Origin: Geosiphon pyriformis uo1
Taxonomy: Eukaryota; Fungi; Glomeromycota
Assembly: GCA_016748015.1 (NCBI GenBank)
Contig: JAAOMT010000375.1
Span: 181,156-245,155, forward strand
Reading direction: 5' to 3'
Length of the DNA: 64,000 nucleotides
How positions within the stretch are numbered: position 1 is the stretch's first letter; each line of letters begins with the position of its first letter. Below are positions 11,850-23,800 of the stretch, one piece after another. The translations under genes were made by a program, and so were the position numbers. The notes under the pieces were generated by a model, which was given only the letters and a program-made list of their open reading frames with translations, was not told the origin of the DNA and ran no database searches.

Positions 11850-12528
11850 TGTTATGGGTTGGAGTAACAAGCTAACAAATAGCAAGGAAGAACAGGATTG
11901 TAAGGTGATGAAAATAATCAAAAGGGATTCAACTTTAAAGAGCCAATTGAATGAGTATGGATTCAATGTGCGAGATCAGTCTCATAAAATATCTCAGTCG
12001 CTATTCTTTTCAAAAGGTAACAAGGGAATCTGAAGATAGAGGAATAGTCAGTACTGTCAACAATTGATCACCACTGGTATAATTCTATGCCTCATGTTGG
12101 TGCTCTTAGAATTCAATATCAGGTATCAACTTGTGCTTTTCAGTCACGTTTATTCAAATAATCTTCAAATACTACAATTATATATATCAGGAAAAGGCCA
12201 ACAAGTAATCTTTTATCCTAAGATGTTCAGATACTTGAAGGTAGAGAAAGGGAAATTAGTAATAAGAGAGTAATTGAGATGAAAGTTGTTATTTTTATTT
12301 ATTTGATTTTTGTCTGAGAGATGATTTTCTACAGCTAAGAGACTCATTGCTTATATAGCTATTAAAAGTAGTCAACGACTAGGTCAATGATCAGATCAAT
12401 GATCAAGTCAATGATCAAGTCAATGATCAGGTCAATAATCACTATCTAAAAATAGAGTGGCTAATTATATGACATCAGTGGCTAATACATGTAATAATTA
12501 ATAAAAATTATGGGTTTCAACCATAACA
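11850..12528 (-). repeat. Family A 3' LTR of A2
   Basis: TGTTATGG...CCATAACA ends, followed by PPT complement and the ORF3 end. Confidence 0.93.
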
Positions 12529-12577
12529 TCATTCTCTTCAAAGAGATTGAGCTCCAGCGAAATCAAGCTATTTATAA

Positions 12578-13231
12578 TGTTATGGTTGAAACCCATAATT
12601 TTTATTAGTTATCACATGTATTAGTTATTGATGTCATATAATTAGCCACTCTATTTTTAGATAGTAATCATTGACCTGATTAATGACCTGACTGTTGACC
12701 TGGTCATTGACCACTTTCAATAGCTATATAAGCAATGAGTCTCTTAGCAGTAGAAAATCATCTCTCAAACAAGAATCAAATAAATAAAAATAACAACTTT
12801 TATCTCAATCACTCTCTTATCTCTAATTTCCCTTTCCCTACCTTCAAGTATCTGAACATCTTAGGATAAAAGATTACTTGTTGGCCTTTTCCTGATGTAT
12901 ATAATTGTAGTATTTGAAGATTATTTGAATAAACATGACTGAAGAGCACAAGTTGATACCTGATATTGAATTCTAAGAGCACTGATGTGAGGCATAGAAT
13001 TATACCAGCAGTTATCAATTGTTGACAGTATGGACTATCCCTCTACCTTCAGATTCCCCAGTTATTTTTGAAAAGAATAGCAACTGAGATATTTTATGAG
13101 ACTGATCTTACACATTGAATCCATACTTATTCAATTCGCTCTTTGAAGTTGAATCCCCTTTGATTATTTCCATCACCCTACAATCCTGTTCTCCCTTGCT
13201 ATTCGTTAGCTTGTTACTCCAATCTGTAACA
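12578..13231 (+). repeat. 5' LTR of A3 (654 bp)
   Basis: TGTTATGG...TGTAACA followed by the PBS. Confidence 0.95.
12725..12731 (+). promoter_or_regulatory. Putative LTR TATA box (TATATAA), just downstream of the 12-bp repeat array; AATAAA at 12779-12784
   Basis: The motif and its position are conserved across family A LTRs; function is inferred. Confidence 0.55.
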
Positions 13232-13237
13232 TAAAAG

Positions 13238-13254
13238 TGGTGCTCCCTGTGAGG
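13238..13254 (+). promoter_or_regulatory. Primer binding site TGGTGCTCCCTGTGAGG (likely tRNA-Ile(UAU)-type 3' end)
   Basis: Starts with TGG (complement of CCA) 6 nt after the LTR. Also present at 26493-26509, 30523-30539, ~35341-35357 and 55971-55987. tRNA identity is from recalled similarity to eukaryotic Ile-TAT 3' ends. Confidence 0.75.
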
Positions 13255-13283
13255 TTGTCAAAATTCACTTATTCCCTTATTGT

Positions 13284-14822
13284 ATGGATGATTACTCATA
13301 TCTGCCACAGCAATCAGAAGAACACTTTGCAGCACACAACAAATATGACCTAGATTTCATTGAACTTAATCCTCTGCCTTCCTGCTTGATCTGCTTCCCT
13401 CTTAAAGAACAATCCAGCAGACAATTCTAAGTCTTTTGGAACTGGTTCCTGAATGAGCATTCAGCTGAAATCTACACAGCTTATACAACCTATTACTTTG
13501 ACCAAGCTTATTTTGAAAACAACTTTGAAGAAAGAAACAACAGTATCAATCAGCTCTTATATTCTGCAATCTTTGAACAACAGCCCTCTAATTTCGAATA
13601 TCTGAATCATCAAATCCACATTTGGATTGCTGCCCATTAAGCAACTGAAACTTCCTTCGAAACAGAAGAAGAAAGCTACCAAACTGCTCCTGTTTTTGAC
13701 TTTTTATCAAGCAAATCAGACTCATCTACACAAACAGTTATCCTTGAACCAATGGCTAATGACCTCATGCAAGCAAACATTCTGGCCGCCCTCCAAGATA
13801 TACAAACTGCTCTAGGAAAAAGAAACAATACCCCACTACCACTATTTAGAGGTGATACACAAGATCCAATTGAATGGTTAGATGATTTTGAGAGAGCTGT
13901 CACAGCCAACCAGTATGATGAAGAATACAAGTTCCAAATTGTTGGTGGTTACCTCCAAGGCTCTTCTGCTACCTGGTTCTTACAAAAAACAGATGCCAAT
14001 GCTCAACACAGAATAATCAGATAGACACCAATCAATGCTGAAGAAGAAAATACCTCTTTTACTATCCAATTTGAGGCCAAGTTCAGAACCCCAATATTAA
14101 TATTCAAATGGCGCATGGAATTGGAAAGAAGAACTCAAGGCCCTGGAAAATTAGTGACTGAATATGCCAAAGCTATTAGAAAGCTAATCAAACGTGTAGA
14201 CTCTGGGAGAAACTGGACAGAAGAACAAAAAATTCATTCCTTCACAAAAGGATTGAGAACCAATTTATCTTATGCTTTTTGGCCTCTCTTGGCCCTAAAA
14301 GACAACCCTACAATGGACATGGCCATTGAACTTGTCCAACGAATTGAAGACAACCAAAGAATACATTTGGGATCTACACTTCCAGTTTTTGCTCCTGTTT
14401 CTCAAATGGCTGCTGCTTCTTTTGCTGCCCAAACTCAAGATCCAAATGAACAATTAATTAATAGACTTACAGCCAATCTTGCCCGGTTATTAGAACCTTT
14501 GGCACAAGCAGTCAGAAATAACCAGCAACCACCAAGACCTAAATACAAACCTTGTTTTAACCAACCCCAGCAACCTCCCTATCAAAGACAGCAAAATCGT
14601 GGCCCACCTGTGTGCTATTGTTGTGGATTAACTGAACATAATTCAAGAGATTGTAACAATCCTCCACTGCCTCCTCTAGCTCCCAGAAACAATGACAACC
14701 AAAACAACAGACCCAATAACAACAACAATGTCCCCAATCAAAGACCCAATCATGCCAACATCAATTTCTTTGGAGAGGATCCCCTAGTTAAAGCCACTGT
14801 TTATTAGCCTTTAAACTGGTAG
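13284..14822 (+). pseudogene. gag: gag of A3, including a ~156-codon N-terminal extension
   Basis: ATG 13284 is in frame with ORFs 13752..14024 and 14115..14807; CYCCGLTEHNSRDC knuckle; several premature stops. Confidence 0.88.
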
Positions 14823-14857
14823 GCACACCTCCAAAGGGTGAGAGTGCAAGCCAACCA
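14810..14857 (+). promoter_or_regulatory. Predicted -1 programmed ribosomal frameshift: slippery T-TTA-AAC plus downstream stem-loop
   Basis: The heptamer is in gag phase two codons before the gag TAG. The -1 frame reads LVGTPPKGESASQPEENPFYAFNL...MDEL into pol. Confidence 0.8.
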
Positions 14858-17800
14858 GAAGAAAATCCCTTTTATGCTTTTAACTTAACTAATGATGACC
14901 ATGACATGGATGAACTAGCAATCAACTCCTCTGAATTCACAAAAAAGAAGAAGAAAGCCAAAGTTGATTTCGTTCTGGACCCCAATAAAGCTTCTATATC
15001 AACTGCTGACAACAATGAGCCCCCAAAAGCCAAAGTTTTCAAAAACCCTCCAAAGTTATAACCCTTAGAAATAGTACAAAAATCCGGCCCCTATTCTGTT
15101 GTCAAAGACCTCATGGAAACCCCAGCACATATAACTTTTGGCCAATTGATGACCCATCCACAATTCAGAAAAAATCTTCACAAATCTCTGATTCCAAAGA
15201 AAAAGACACCCAAAACCAACAAACACCCTCGCTAAGCTGGACTTGCTGACAATAGCAATGTCACTCCTCTAATTTGTAATACCCAAGTGGCTGGCTACTT
15301 CATCGATTTGATCTTAGACAGTGGATCATCTGTTAGTGTTATTGCTAAACACTTTTTTGAAGCAATTGACAGAAAAATTGATGAATCATCTACATGACTA
15401 ATGACCAATGTGCATGGTGATAAGAAGAAAGGGCTTGGCATAGCCAAAGCTATTCCTGTCCACATCAATGGCATCAGCATTGAAACTGATATGGAAGTAT
15501 CTGAAGTGAAAAAATACACCATTATTGTTGGCAATGAATGACTCAAGAAAGCAAAAGCTTTGCTTGATTATGAACTCTGTGAACTAACCATCAGATGTGG
15601 TGAGAAACCCATTGTGGTTAAATGTCACCATTGGACAACTCCCTCAGTACCCAAGCAGAGCCCAGAAGAAAATGAATCAGATGAATCAGATGATGAAGAA
15701 AGTGAGGAAGAAGAAAAACAAGAAGAACAAGAAGAAACTGCTAAACTCGTTTATACCATCTTCACCAGCAATGGCAAACCACTAAATAATGTCAAGGCAG
15801 ATAAAGAAAGAATTATTGTCAATGGCAAGCTGATCTGCTGGCCTTATTATGACATGCTCAGAAGAATCTTTAACAGAAAGCCAGGCAAGAAAGCCAAATA
15901 CAGTTATTGGTGGCATGGTCCTTGTGCCCAGTACTGGTGCGACAAACCATTGTATTTTCCTAGCAATGAATACATGTCCTGCCTGATCTATTACAAAGAT
16001 TGGGAACCAATCAGCTTGATACTCCATGAGAAAATAAAAGAAGTCCAAAAGTCCTTTGAAAATGAACCACCTGAAATCCAATCACTAGTTGTAGAACAAA
16101 GAGAACTCTCTCCAGAAGAAAGAAAAATAGACATTGAAAACCTGCTGGCTAAAAACAGCCCAGTTATTTCAAAAGAAAGTGAACCTCCTGGACATACACA
16201 TGTGATACAACACACCATCATCACCAGAGAAACTTGCCCTATCTATTTAAAGCCCTATCAATCCAACCGGTGCAATGATAAGTTTATCAAAAAGAAAATA
16301 ACCCAAATGAAAAACCTTGGATTCATACAGAAAACCAAGAGTGAATGGGCATTCCCAGTTGTAGTGGTATCCAAGAAAGGAGGAACCCTACGCTTTTGTG
16401 TTGACTATTGTCAATTAAATGCCATTACTGAAAGAGACATGTACCCACTTCCCAAGATTGATGCAATGCTAGACCAATTCCATGGTGTCACTTTCTTCTC
16501 AACCATTGACTTAACTGCTGGATTCTGGCAAGTAGAGATGGATCCAGAAAGCAGAAAGAAAACTGCCTTCATCACCAAGTATGGCATCTACGAATTTACA
16601 GTCATGCCTTTTGGTCTCACAAATGCTCCTCCCATCTTTCAATACTTAATAGACAAAGTATTTGAATCAGTAAAAGAAAACTTTGTTCTAATCTACTTGG
16701 ATGACATAATGGTATACTCAAAAACCTGGGATGAACACCTTGAACATTTGCAAAAAGTTTTTGACCTCCTTAAAAATGCTGGCCTCAAGATCAATCCAAT
16801 CAAATCATTCTTTGGATGTCAATCCACCTAGTTCCTTGGCCATCTTATTACAAAAGATGAAATCTTCTCTGATCCAACCAAAATTGAAAAAGTTCAAAAC
16901 ATTAGACAACCAATGAATGTTCATGAACTATGCTCTTTTCTTGGTTTGGCCTCTTATTATTGCAAGTTTGTCAAAGATTTCTCCAAAATTGCTGCTCTTC
17001 TCAATCAGTTACTTAGAAAAAACATCAATTATTACTGGGGCACTTATCAACAAAAAGCATTTGAAATTCTGAAGGAAAAACTGGTTACAGAACCCATCCT
17101 CTTGCAACCTAATCTGGATCAACCTTTTATCCTCCATACTGATACATCTGGCTATGGACTTGGTGCTGTTTTTTTCCAGAAAGATGAAGATGGCAGGGAA
17201 CATGCTATAGCATATGCCAATAGAACTCTCACACCAGCAGAAAAGAACTACTCAGTCACTGAGCAAGAATGCTTAGCAGTAGTTTGGGCTACCAGCTATT
17301 GGAACAAATATCTTAAGGGTGTGAAATTTTTGGTGGTAACAGATCACCAAGCTTTGGTTTGGCTATGCAACAAAAAAAACCTGGAACATAAATGGATAAC
17401 TCGCTGGATACTTCACTTGGATGAATTCGACTATGACATTCAACACCGCAAAGGAGCTAATCATCAAAACGCCGATGCTCAGACTTACCATCCAGTGATA
17501 GTAAAACCCTCTCAAACCAACCCAACTTAATTATTTGTAACTCCCCCACAAACAAACACGATAATGGACTTGAACAACTACTTTGCCTTAATGGAATTTT
17601 TGGGTAAAAGACAATACCCACCAGACTATACTCGACAACAAAGAGAACATTTGCGCAAACAATCAAATTTCTATTTGATTCGCCAGAACCAGTTATATAA
17701 AAGAAATAGAAAAGATCCTGACTGTTCCCAGAAAGTCATTAGATTTGAAGAAAAAGAAATTGTGATCTACAATATGCATTCTGATCTATTAGCTGGACAC

Positions 17801-18877
17801 TTTGGAAAAACAAAAACAATTCAGAAAACATTAGCTCACTATTATTGGCCTATCTTGGGAAAAGACATTGCTGAATACATCAAAACCTGTGATACCTGCC
17901 AAAGAAGAAGAAAACCTAATCGCAAGGAAGATATTCATCCGATCTCTGTTAGTCAACCATTTGACAGAATTGGTATAGATGTTGTTGGATCTTTAACAGT
18001 AACTTCTGATGACAACAGATACATTATTACAGCTACTGACTATTTTACAAAGTGAGTAGAAGCAAGAGCCATCCCAGATCAAACAGCAGTCTCAATTGCC
18101 AATTTAATTTATGAAGATATTATCTGTCACCACAGCTGCCCCAAAGAACTTTTATCTAATAGAAGAAGAGCTTTTCATAGTACACTGGTTGAAGAACTTT
18201 GCAGAAAAATGGGAATATGTCATAAACTCTTTTCCCCTTATCACCCCCAAACAAATGGCCTAGTGGAATGTTTCAATAGAACACTATGTGAAACCCTAGC
18301 CAAAACCAGTGAAGAAACCAACCTATAAGACAAAGTATTGCCTTCAGCTTTGTTTACCTACAGAACTGTGAATTATAACATAACAAGTTATGAACCCTTT
18401 TATCTGTTCTATGAACAAATGGCAACTCTACCAATAGAAACAGATATAGAAACAATACCTTTTAAAGAAATAACAATAGGAGATTACAAAGACATTTTGC
18501 AAAGAAGACTTGGTACCATTCTTGACTCATTGGTAGAAGCATGGATAATTGCCTTTGAAAAGATAAAACAGTTCCAAGAGAAGCTCAAAAAGAAAAAAAC
18601 CTATAAAACACTTTTCTTAAGTGTTGGTAACTTAGTTTTGGAATACTGTTCAGACAGAGACAATGTCTATGGTGATAAATTTTCCAGCTGCTGGAAAAAA
18701 TCTTTTATAGTCAACAAAGTTTTAAACAATGATTTATATATCCTACAAGATCAATATGGAACAATATTCAGTGATTGCTCTGTTCATAGCACACAACTCA
18801 AGAAATATCACAAATGACCTGATTGGTTACCTGTTGTGGTAATACCGACCCAAATGATCAGCAAAAATCAGATATAA
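14810..18877 (+). pseudogene. pol: pol of A3 (PR-RT-RH-IN)
   Basis: LILDSGSS, IYLDDIMVYS, HTDTSGYGLGAV, VVTDHQAL, HSDLLAGHFG...CDTCQ, IGIDVVG; scattered stops. Confidence 0.93.
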
Positions 18878-18918
18878 ATAAATGCACCATTCCCAAAACA
18901 GAGGTATCTTCAATTGAC

Positions 18919-19575
18919 ATGAACAATTATTTCCTGGATCAAAACATTCAAAACGCTTTCTACACTCTCCATGAGTACTGGATCAAAAATTATCCAAATG
19001 CTACTCTGACTATTGGAAAACAAACCACCATAACTGATAACAGTAGAACACATACTGTTATTAGATCAAAGAAAACTACTACCAGAAGAGAAAAAATTGG
19101 TAGCAAAATGGATAAGTATTTGCTGGAAAGCATAACAGCAGTAATACTTACACCTTCCATGACAATTGGAAAAATGATTAAGGAAATCTTGCCCATAGAT
19201 AAAAACTTGTCATATGGAAAGCAACTAGAACTCTATGGTCGTCTTGGTGAAATTATAGAAGAAATAAAGCTTATGAAGAAAACAACTTCAGAGATATAAG
19301 TGGAAATTTTGGGCATTATACGTTTAGATGTCCCAAGAGTTTTGACCATTGCAAAAAAAGCCAAAACTCTTATACAAAGATTTGGTCTTTTGGATACAAA
19401 GCTTATTTCGCCTTAAGTACTATATACTCTATCCACAAAAGACTTCAACAAACTAGTTAGTTTTGAGTTAGACAAAACCCTTCAATTAGAATACCCTATA
19501 AATAGCTTGATTTTGCCAGAGCTCAATCTCTTTGGAGAGGATGATGTTATGGTTGAAACTCATAATTTTTATTAG
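18919..19575 (+). pseudogene. ORF3 of A3 (two premature stops)
   Basis: MNNYFLDQ at 18919; TAA at 19297 and near 19414; ends in the LTR like the A1 copy. Confidence 0.75.
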
Positions 19576-20222
19576 TTATCACATGTATTAGTCACTGATA
19601 TTATATAATTAGCCACTCTATTTTTAGATAGTAATTATTGACCTGATCAATGACCTGACCGTTGACCTGATCATTGACCTAGTCATTGATCTGGTTATTG
19701 ACCACTTTCAATAGCTATATAAGCAATAAGTCTCTTAGCTGTAGAAAATCATCTCTTAGACAAGAATCAAATAAATAAAAATAACAACTTTCATTTCAAT
19801 CACTCTCTTATTACTAATTTTCCTTTCTCTACCTTCAAGTATCTGAACATCTTAGGATAAAAGATTACTTGTTGGTCTTTTCCTAATGTATATAATTGTA
19901 GTATTTGAAAATTATTTGAATAAACGTGACTGAAGAGCACAAGTTGATACCTGATATTGAATTCTAAGAGCACCGACATGAGGCATAGAATTATACCAGT
20001 GGTTATCAATTGTTGACAGTACGGACTATCCCTCTATCTTCAAATTCCCCAGTTACCTTTGAAAAGAATAGCAACTGAGATATTTTATGAGACTGATCTC
20101 GCACATTGAATCCATACTCATTCAATTCACTCTTTGAAGATGAATCCCCTTTGATTATTTCCATCACCCTACAATTCTGTTCTCCCTTGCTATCTGTTAG
20201 CTTGTTACTCCAACCCGTAACA
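19545..20222 (+). repeat. 3' LTR of A3 (678 bp)
   Basis: Preceded by PPT GGAGAGGATGA; 24 bp longer than the 5' LTR because of two extra 12-mers. Confidence 0.95.
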
Positions 20223-20236
20223 ATAGGGTATTCTAA

Positions 20237-20899
20237 TTAAAGAGTTTTGTTTAACTCAAAACTAACTAGTTTGTTGAAGTCTTTTGTGGATAGAGTATAT
20301 AGTACTTGAGGCAAAATAAGCTTTGTATCCAAAAGACCAAATCTTTGTATAAGAGTTTTGGCTCTTTTTGCAATGGTCAAAACTCTTGGGACATCTAAAT
20401 GTATAATGCCCAAAATTTCCACTTGTATCTCTGAAGTTGTTTTCTTCATGAGCTTCATTTTTTCTATGATTTTACCAAAATGACCATAGAGTTCTAGTTG
20501 TTTTTCATATGACAAGTTTTTGTCTATGGGCAAAATTTCCTTAATCGTTTTTCCAATTGTCATAGAAGGTGTAAGTATTGCTGCTGTTATGCTTTCCAGC
20601 AAATACTTATTCATTTTGCTACCAATTCTTTCTCTTCTGGTAATGGTTTTCTTTGGTCTAATAACAGTATGTATTCCACTCTTATCAGTTATGGTGGTTT
20701 GTTTTCCAATGGTCAGAGTAGCATTTGGATAATTTTTGATCCAGTACTCATGGAGAGTGTAGAAAGTGTTTTGAATGTTTTGATCTAGGAAATAATTGTT
20801 TATGTCAATTGAAGATACCTCTGTTTTGGTTATGGTGCATTTATTTATATCTGATTTTTGTTGATTATTTGGGTTGGTATTACCACAACAGGTAACCAA
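20237..20899 (-). pseudogene. ORF3 of A2 (ATG mutated to ATA, premature stop, 3' end displaced by A3)
   Basis: 220-aa open frame homologous to 5801..6553. Confidence 0.75.
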
Positions 20900-23800
20900 T
20901 CAGGTCATTTGTGATATTTCTTGAGTTGTGTGCCATGAACAAAGTGATCATTAAAGATTGTTTCATATTGATCTTGTAAGATATAAGAACCATTGTTCAA
21001 AACTTTGTTGACTATAAAGAGTCTTTTTCACTGGCTAGAGAATTTATTACCATAGACATTGGCTCTGTCTGAATGGTATTCTAAAACTAAGTCGCCAACA
21101 CTTAAAGAAAGTGTTTTATATGTTTTCTTTTTCTTAAGCTTCTCTTGGAATTGTTTTATCTTTTCAAAGGCAATTATCTGTGTTTCTACTAATGAATCAA
21201 GAATGGTACCAAGTCTTCTTTGCAAAATGTTTTTGTAATTCCCTATTGTTATTTCTTCAAAGAGTATTGTCTCAATATCAGTTTCTATTAGTAGGATTGC
21301 CATTTGTCCATAGAGTAAATAAAAGGGTTCATAACTTGTTATGTCATGATTCACAGTTCTATAAGTGAACAAAGCTGAAAGCAGTACTTTGTCTTATAAG
21401 TTTGTTTCTTCGCTGGTTTTGGCTAGAGTTTCACATAGTGTTCTATTGAAATGTTCTACTAGGCTATTTGTTTGGGGGTGATAAGGAGAGAAAAGTTTGT
21501 GACATATTCCCATTTTTCTGCAAAGTTCTTCAACAAGTGTACTGAGAAAAGCTCTTCCTCTGTCAGATAAAAGTTTTTTGGAACAGCCATGGTGACAAAT
21601 GATATCTTCATAAATGAAATTGGCTATTGAGACTGCTGTTTAGTCTGGAGTGGCTCTTGCTTCTACCTACTTTGTAAGATAGTTGGTAGCTGTAATAATG
21701 TATCTGTTGCCATTAAGAGTTATTGTTAAAGGTCCAACAACATCTATACCAATTCTGTCAAAGGGTTGACCAACAGAAATTGGATGGATATCTTCTTTGC
21801 AATTGGGTTTTCTTCTTCTTTGACAGATATCACAGGTTTTGATGTATTCAGTAATGTTTTTTCCTAAAGTAGGCCAATAATAACAAGCTAGAGTTTTCTG
21901 AATTGTTTTTGTTTTTCCAAAGTGTCCGGCTAATAAATCAGTGTACATATTGTAGATCACAATTTCTCTTTTTTCAAATCTGATAATTCTCTAAGGGTGG
22001 TCAGGATCTTTTCTATTTCTTTTATAAAGTTGGTTCTGGCGAATCAAATAGAAATTTGATTGTTTGCACAAATGTTCTCTTTGTTGTCGTGTGTATTTTG
22101 GTGGGTATTGTTCTTTACCCAAAAATTCCATTAAGGCAGAGTAGTTGTCCAAGTCCATTATTGTGTTTGTTAAAAAAGGGGAATTACTAATAATTAAGTT
22201 GGTTTGGTTTGAGAGAGTTGTTCTGTCACTAGATGGTGAGTCTGGAGAGAGTGTTAGCATTTTGATGATTAGCTTCTTTGCAATGTTGAATATTATAGTC
22301 GAATTCATCCAAGTGGAGTATTTAGCAAGTTATCTATTTGTGTTCTAGCCTCTTTTTGTTGCACAGCCAAACCAAAGCTTGGTGATTTGTTACCACCAAA
22401 AACTTCACACCAAGAAGATACTTACTCCAGTAACTGGTAGACCATACTACTGCTAAGCATTCTTGTTCAGTGACTGAATAGTTCTGTTCTGCTGAAGAAA
22501 GGGTTCTACTGGCATAGGCTATGGCATGTTTTTTGTCATCCTCATTTTTCTGGAAGAAAACAGCACCAAGTCTAAAGCCAAATACATCAGTGTGGAGGAT
22601 AAAGGGTCGATCTAGATCAGGTTGCTTAAGAATGGGTTCTGTAACCAGTTTTTCCTTTAAAGTTTCAAAGGCTTTTTGCTGATGTGTTCCCCAATGGTAA
22701 TTAACATTTTTCTTGAGTAGCTAATTGAAAGAAGAGGCGATTTTGGAGAAATTTTTGACAAATTTGCGATAATAAGAGACCAAACCAAGAAAAGAGCGTA
22801 GTTTATGAATGTTTATTGGTTGTTTGATGTTTTAGATTTTTTCAACTTTGGCTGGGTCAGGAAAGATTCTATCTTTTGTGATAAGATGACCAAGAAACTG
22901 GGTGGATTGTCTTTCAAAAAAAAATTTGATTGGGTTGATCTTGAGGCCAGCATTTCTGAGGAGATCAAAAACTTTTTGCAAATGTTCCAGGTGTTCATCC
23001 CAGGTTTTTGAGTATACTATTATGTCGTTCAAATAGACTAGAACAAAGTTTTCCTTGACTGATTCAAATACTTTATTCATTAAACATTAAAAGGTAGGAG
23101 GGGCATTGATGAGACCAAAAGGCATGACTGTGAATTCATAGGTGCCATACTTGGTGATAAAGACAGTTTTCTTTCTGCTTTTTGGATCCATTTCTACTTG
23201 CCAGAATTCAGCAGTTAAGTCAATGATTGAGAAGAAAGCAGCATTTTTGAATTGGTCTAATATTGCATCAATCTTGAGAAGTAGGTACATGTCTCTTTCA
23301 GTGATGGCATTTAATTGGCAGTAGTTGACACAAAAACGTAGTGTTCCATCTTTCTTGGATACCACTACAACTGGGAAAGCCCATTTACTCTTGGTTTCTT
23401 GTATGAATCCAAGTTCTTTTATCCAGTTTATCTCTTTTTTGATAAACTCATTATTGTGCTGATTGGATTGATAAGGCTTCAAATAGATGGGTCAAGTTTC
23501 TCTGGTGGTGATAGTGTGTTGTATCACATAGATATGTTCAGAGGTATCACCTTCTTTGGAGATAACTGGGCTATTTCTAGCTAGCAAATTTTCAATGTCT
23601 ATTTTTTTTTCTTTTGGGAAGAGTTCTTTTTGTTCTACAACCAGTGATTGAATCTCAGGTGGTTCATTCTCAAAGGACTTCTGTACTTCTTTCAATTCTT
23701 CTTTGGGTATCAAACTGATTGGTTCCCAATCTCTGTAATAGATCAGGCATAATTTGTATTCATTACTTGGAGAATACAAAGGTTTGTTGCACCAACACCA

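Larger units (their letters stand above)
12578..20222 (+). mobile_element. Structurally complete (but pseudogenised) family A element A3, 7645 bp
   Basis: 5' LTR 12578-13231, PBS, gag, pol, ORF3, PPT 19534-19544, 3' LTR 19545-20222. 4-bp TSD ATAA (12574-77)/ATAG (20223-26); the target is restored as TTT-ATAG-GGTATT, as in A1. Confidence 0.95.

Noticed and set aside
12064-12273. 69-aa antisense ORF recurring in three LTRs (also 12809..13018, 19800..20009)
   Set aside because: Non-ATG start, not called in the other six LTRs; recurrence is explained by recent common ancestry of the LTRs.
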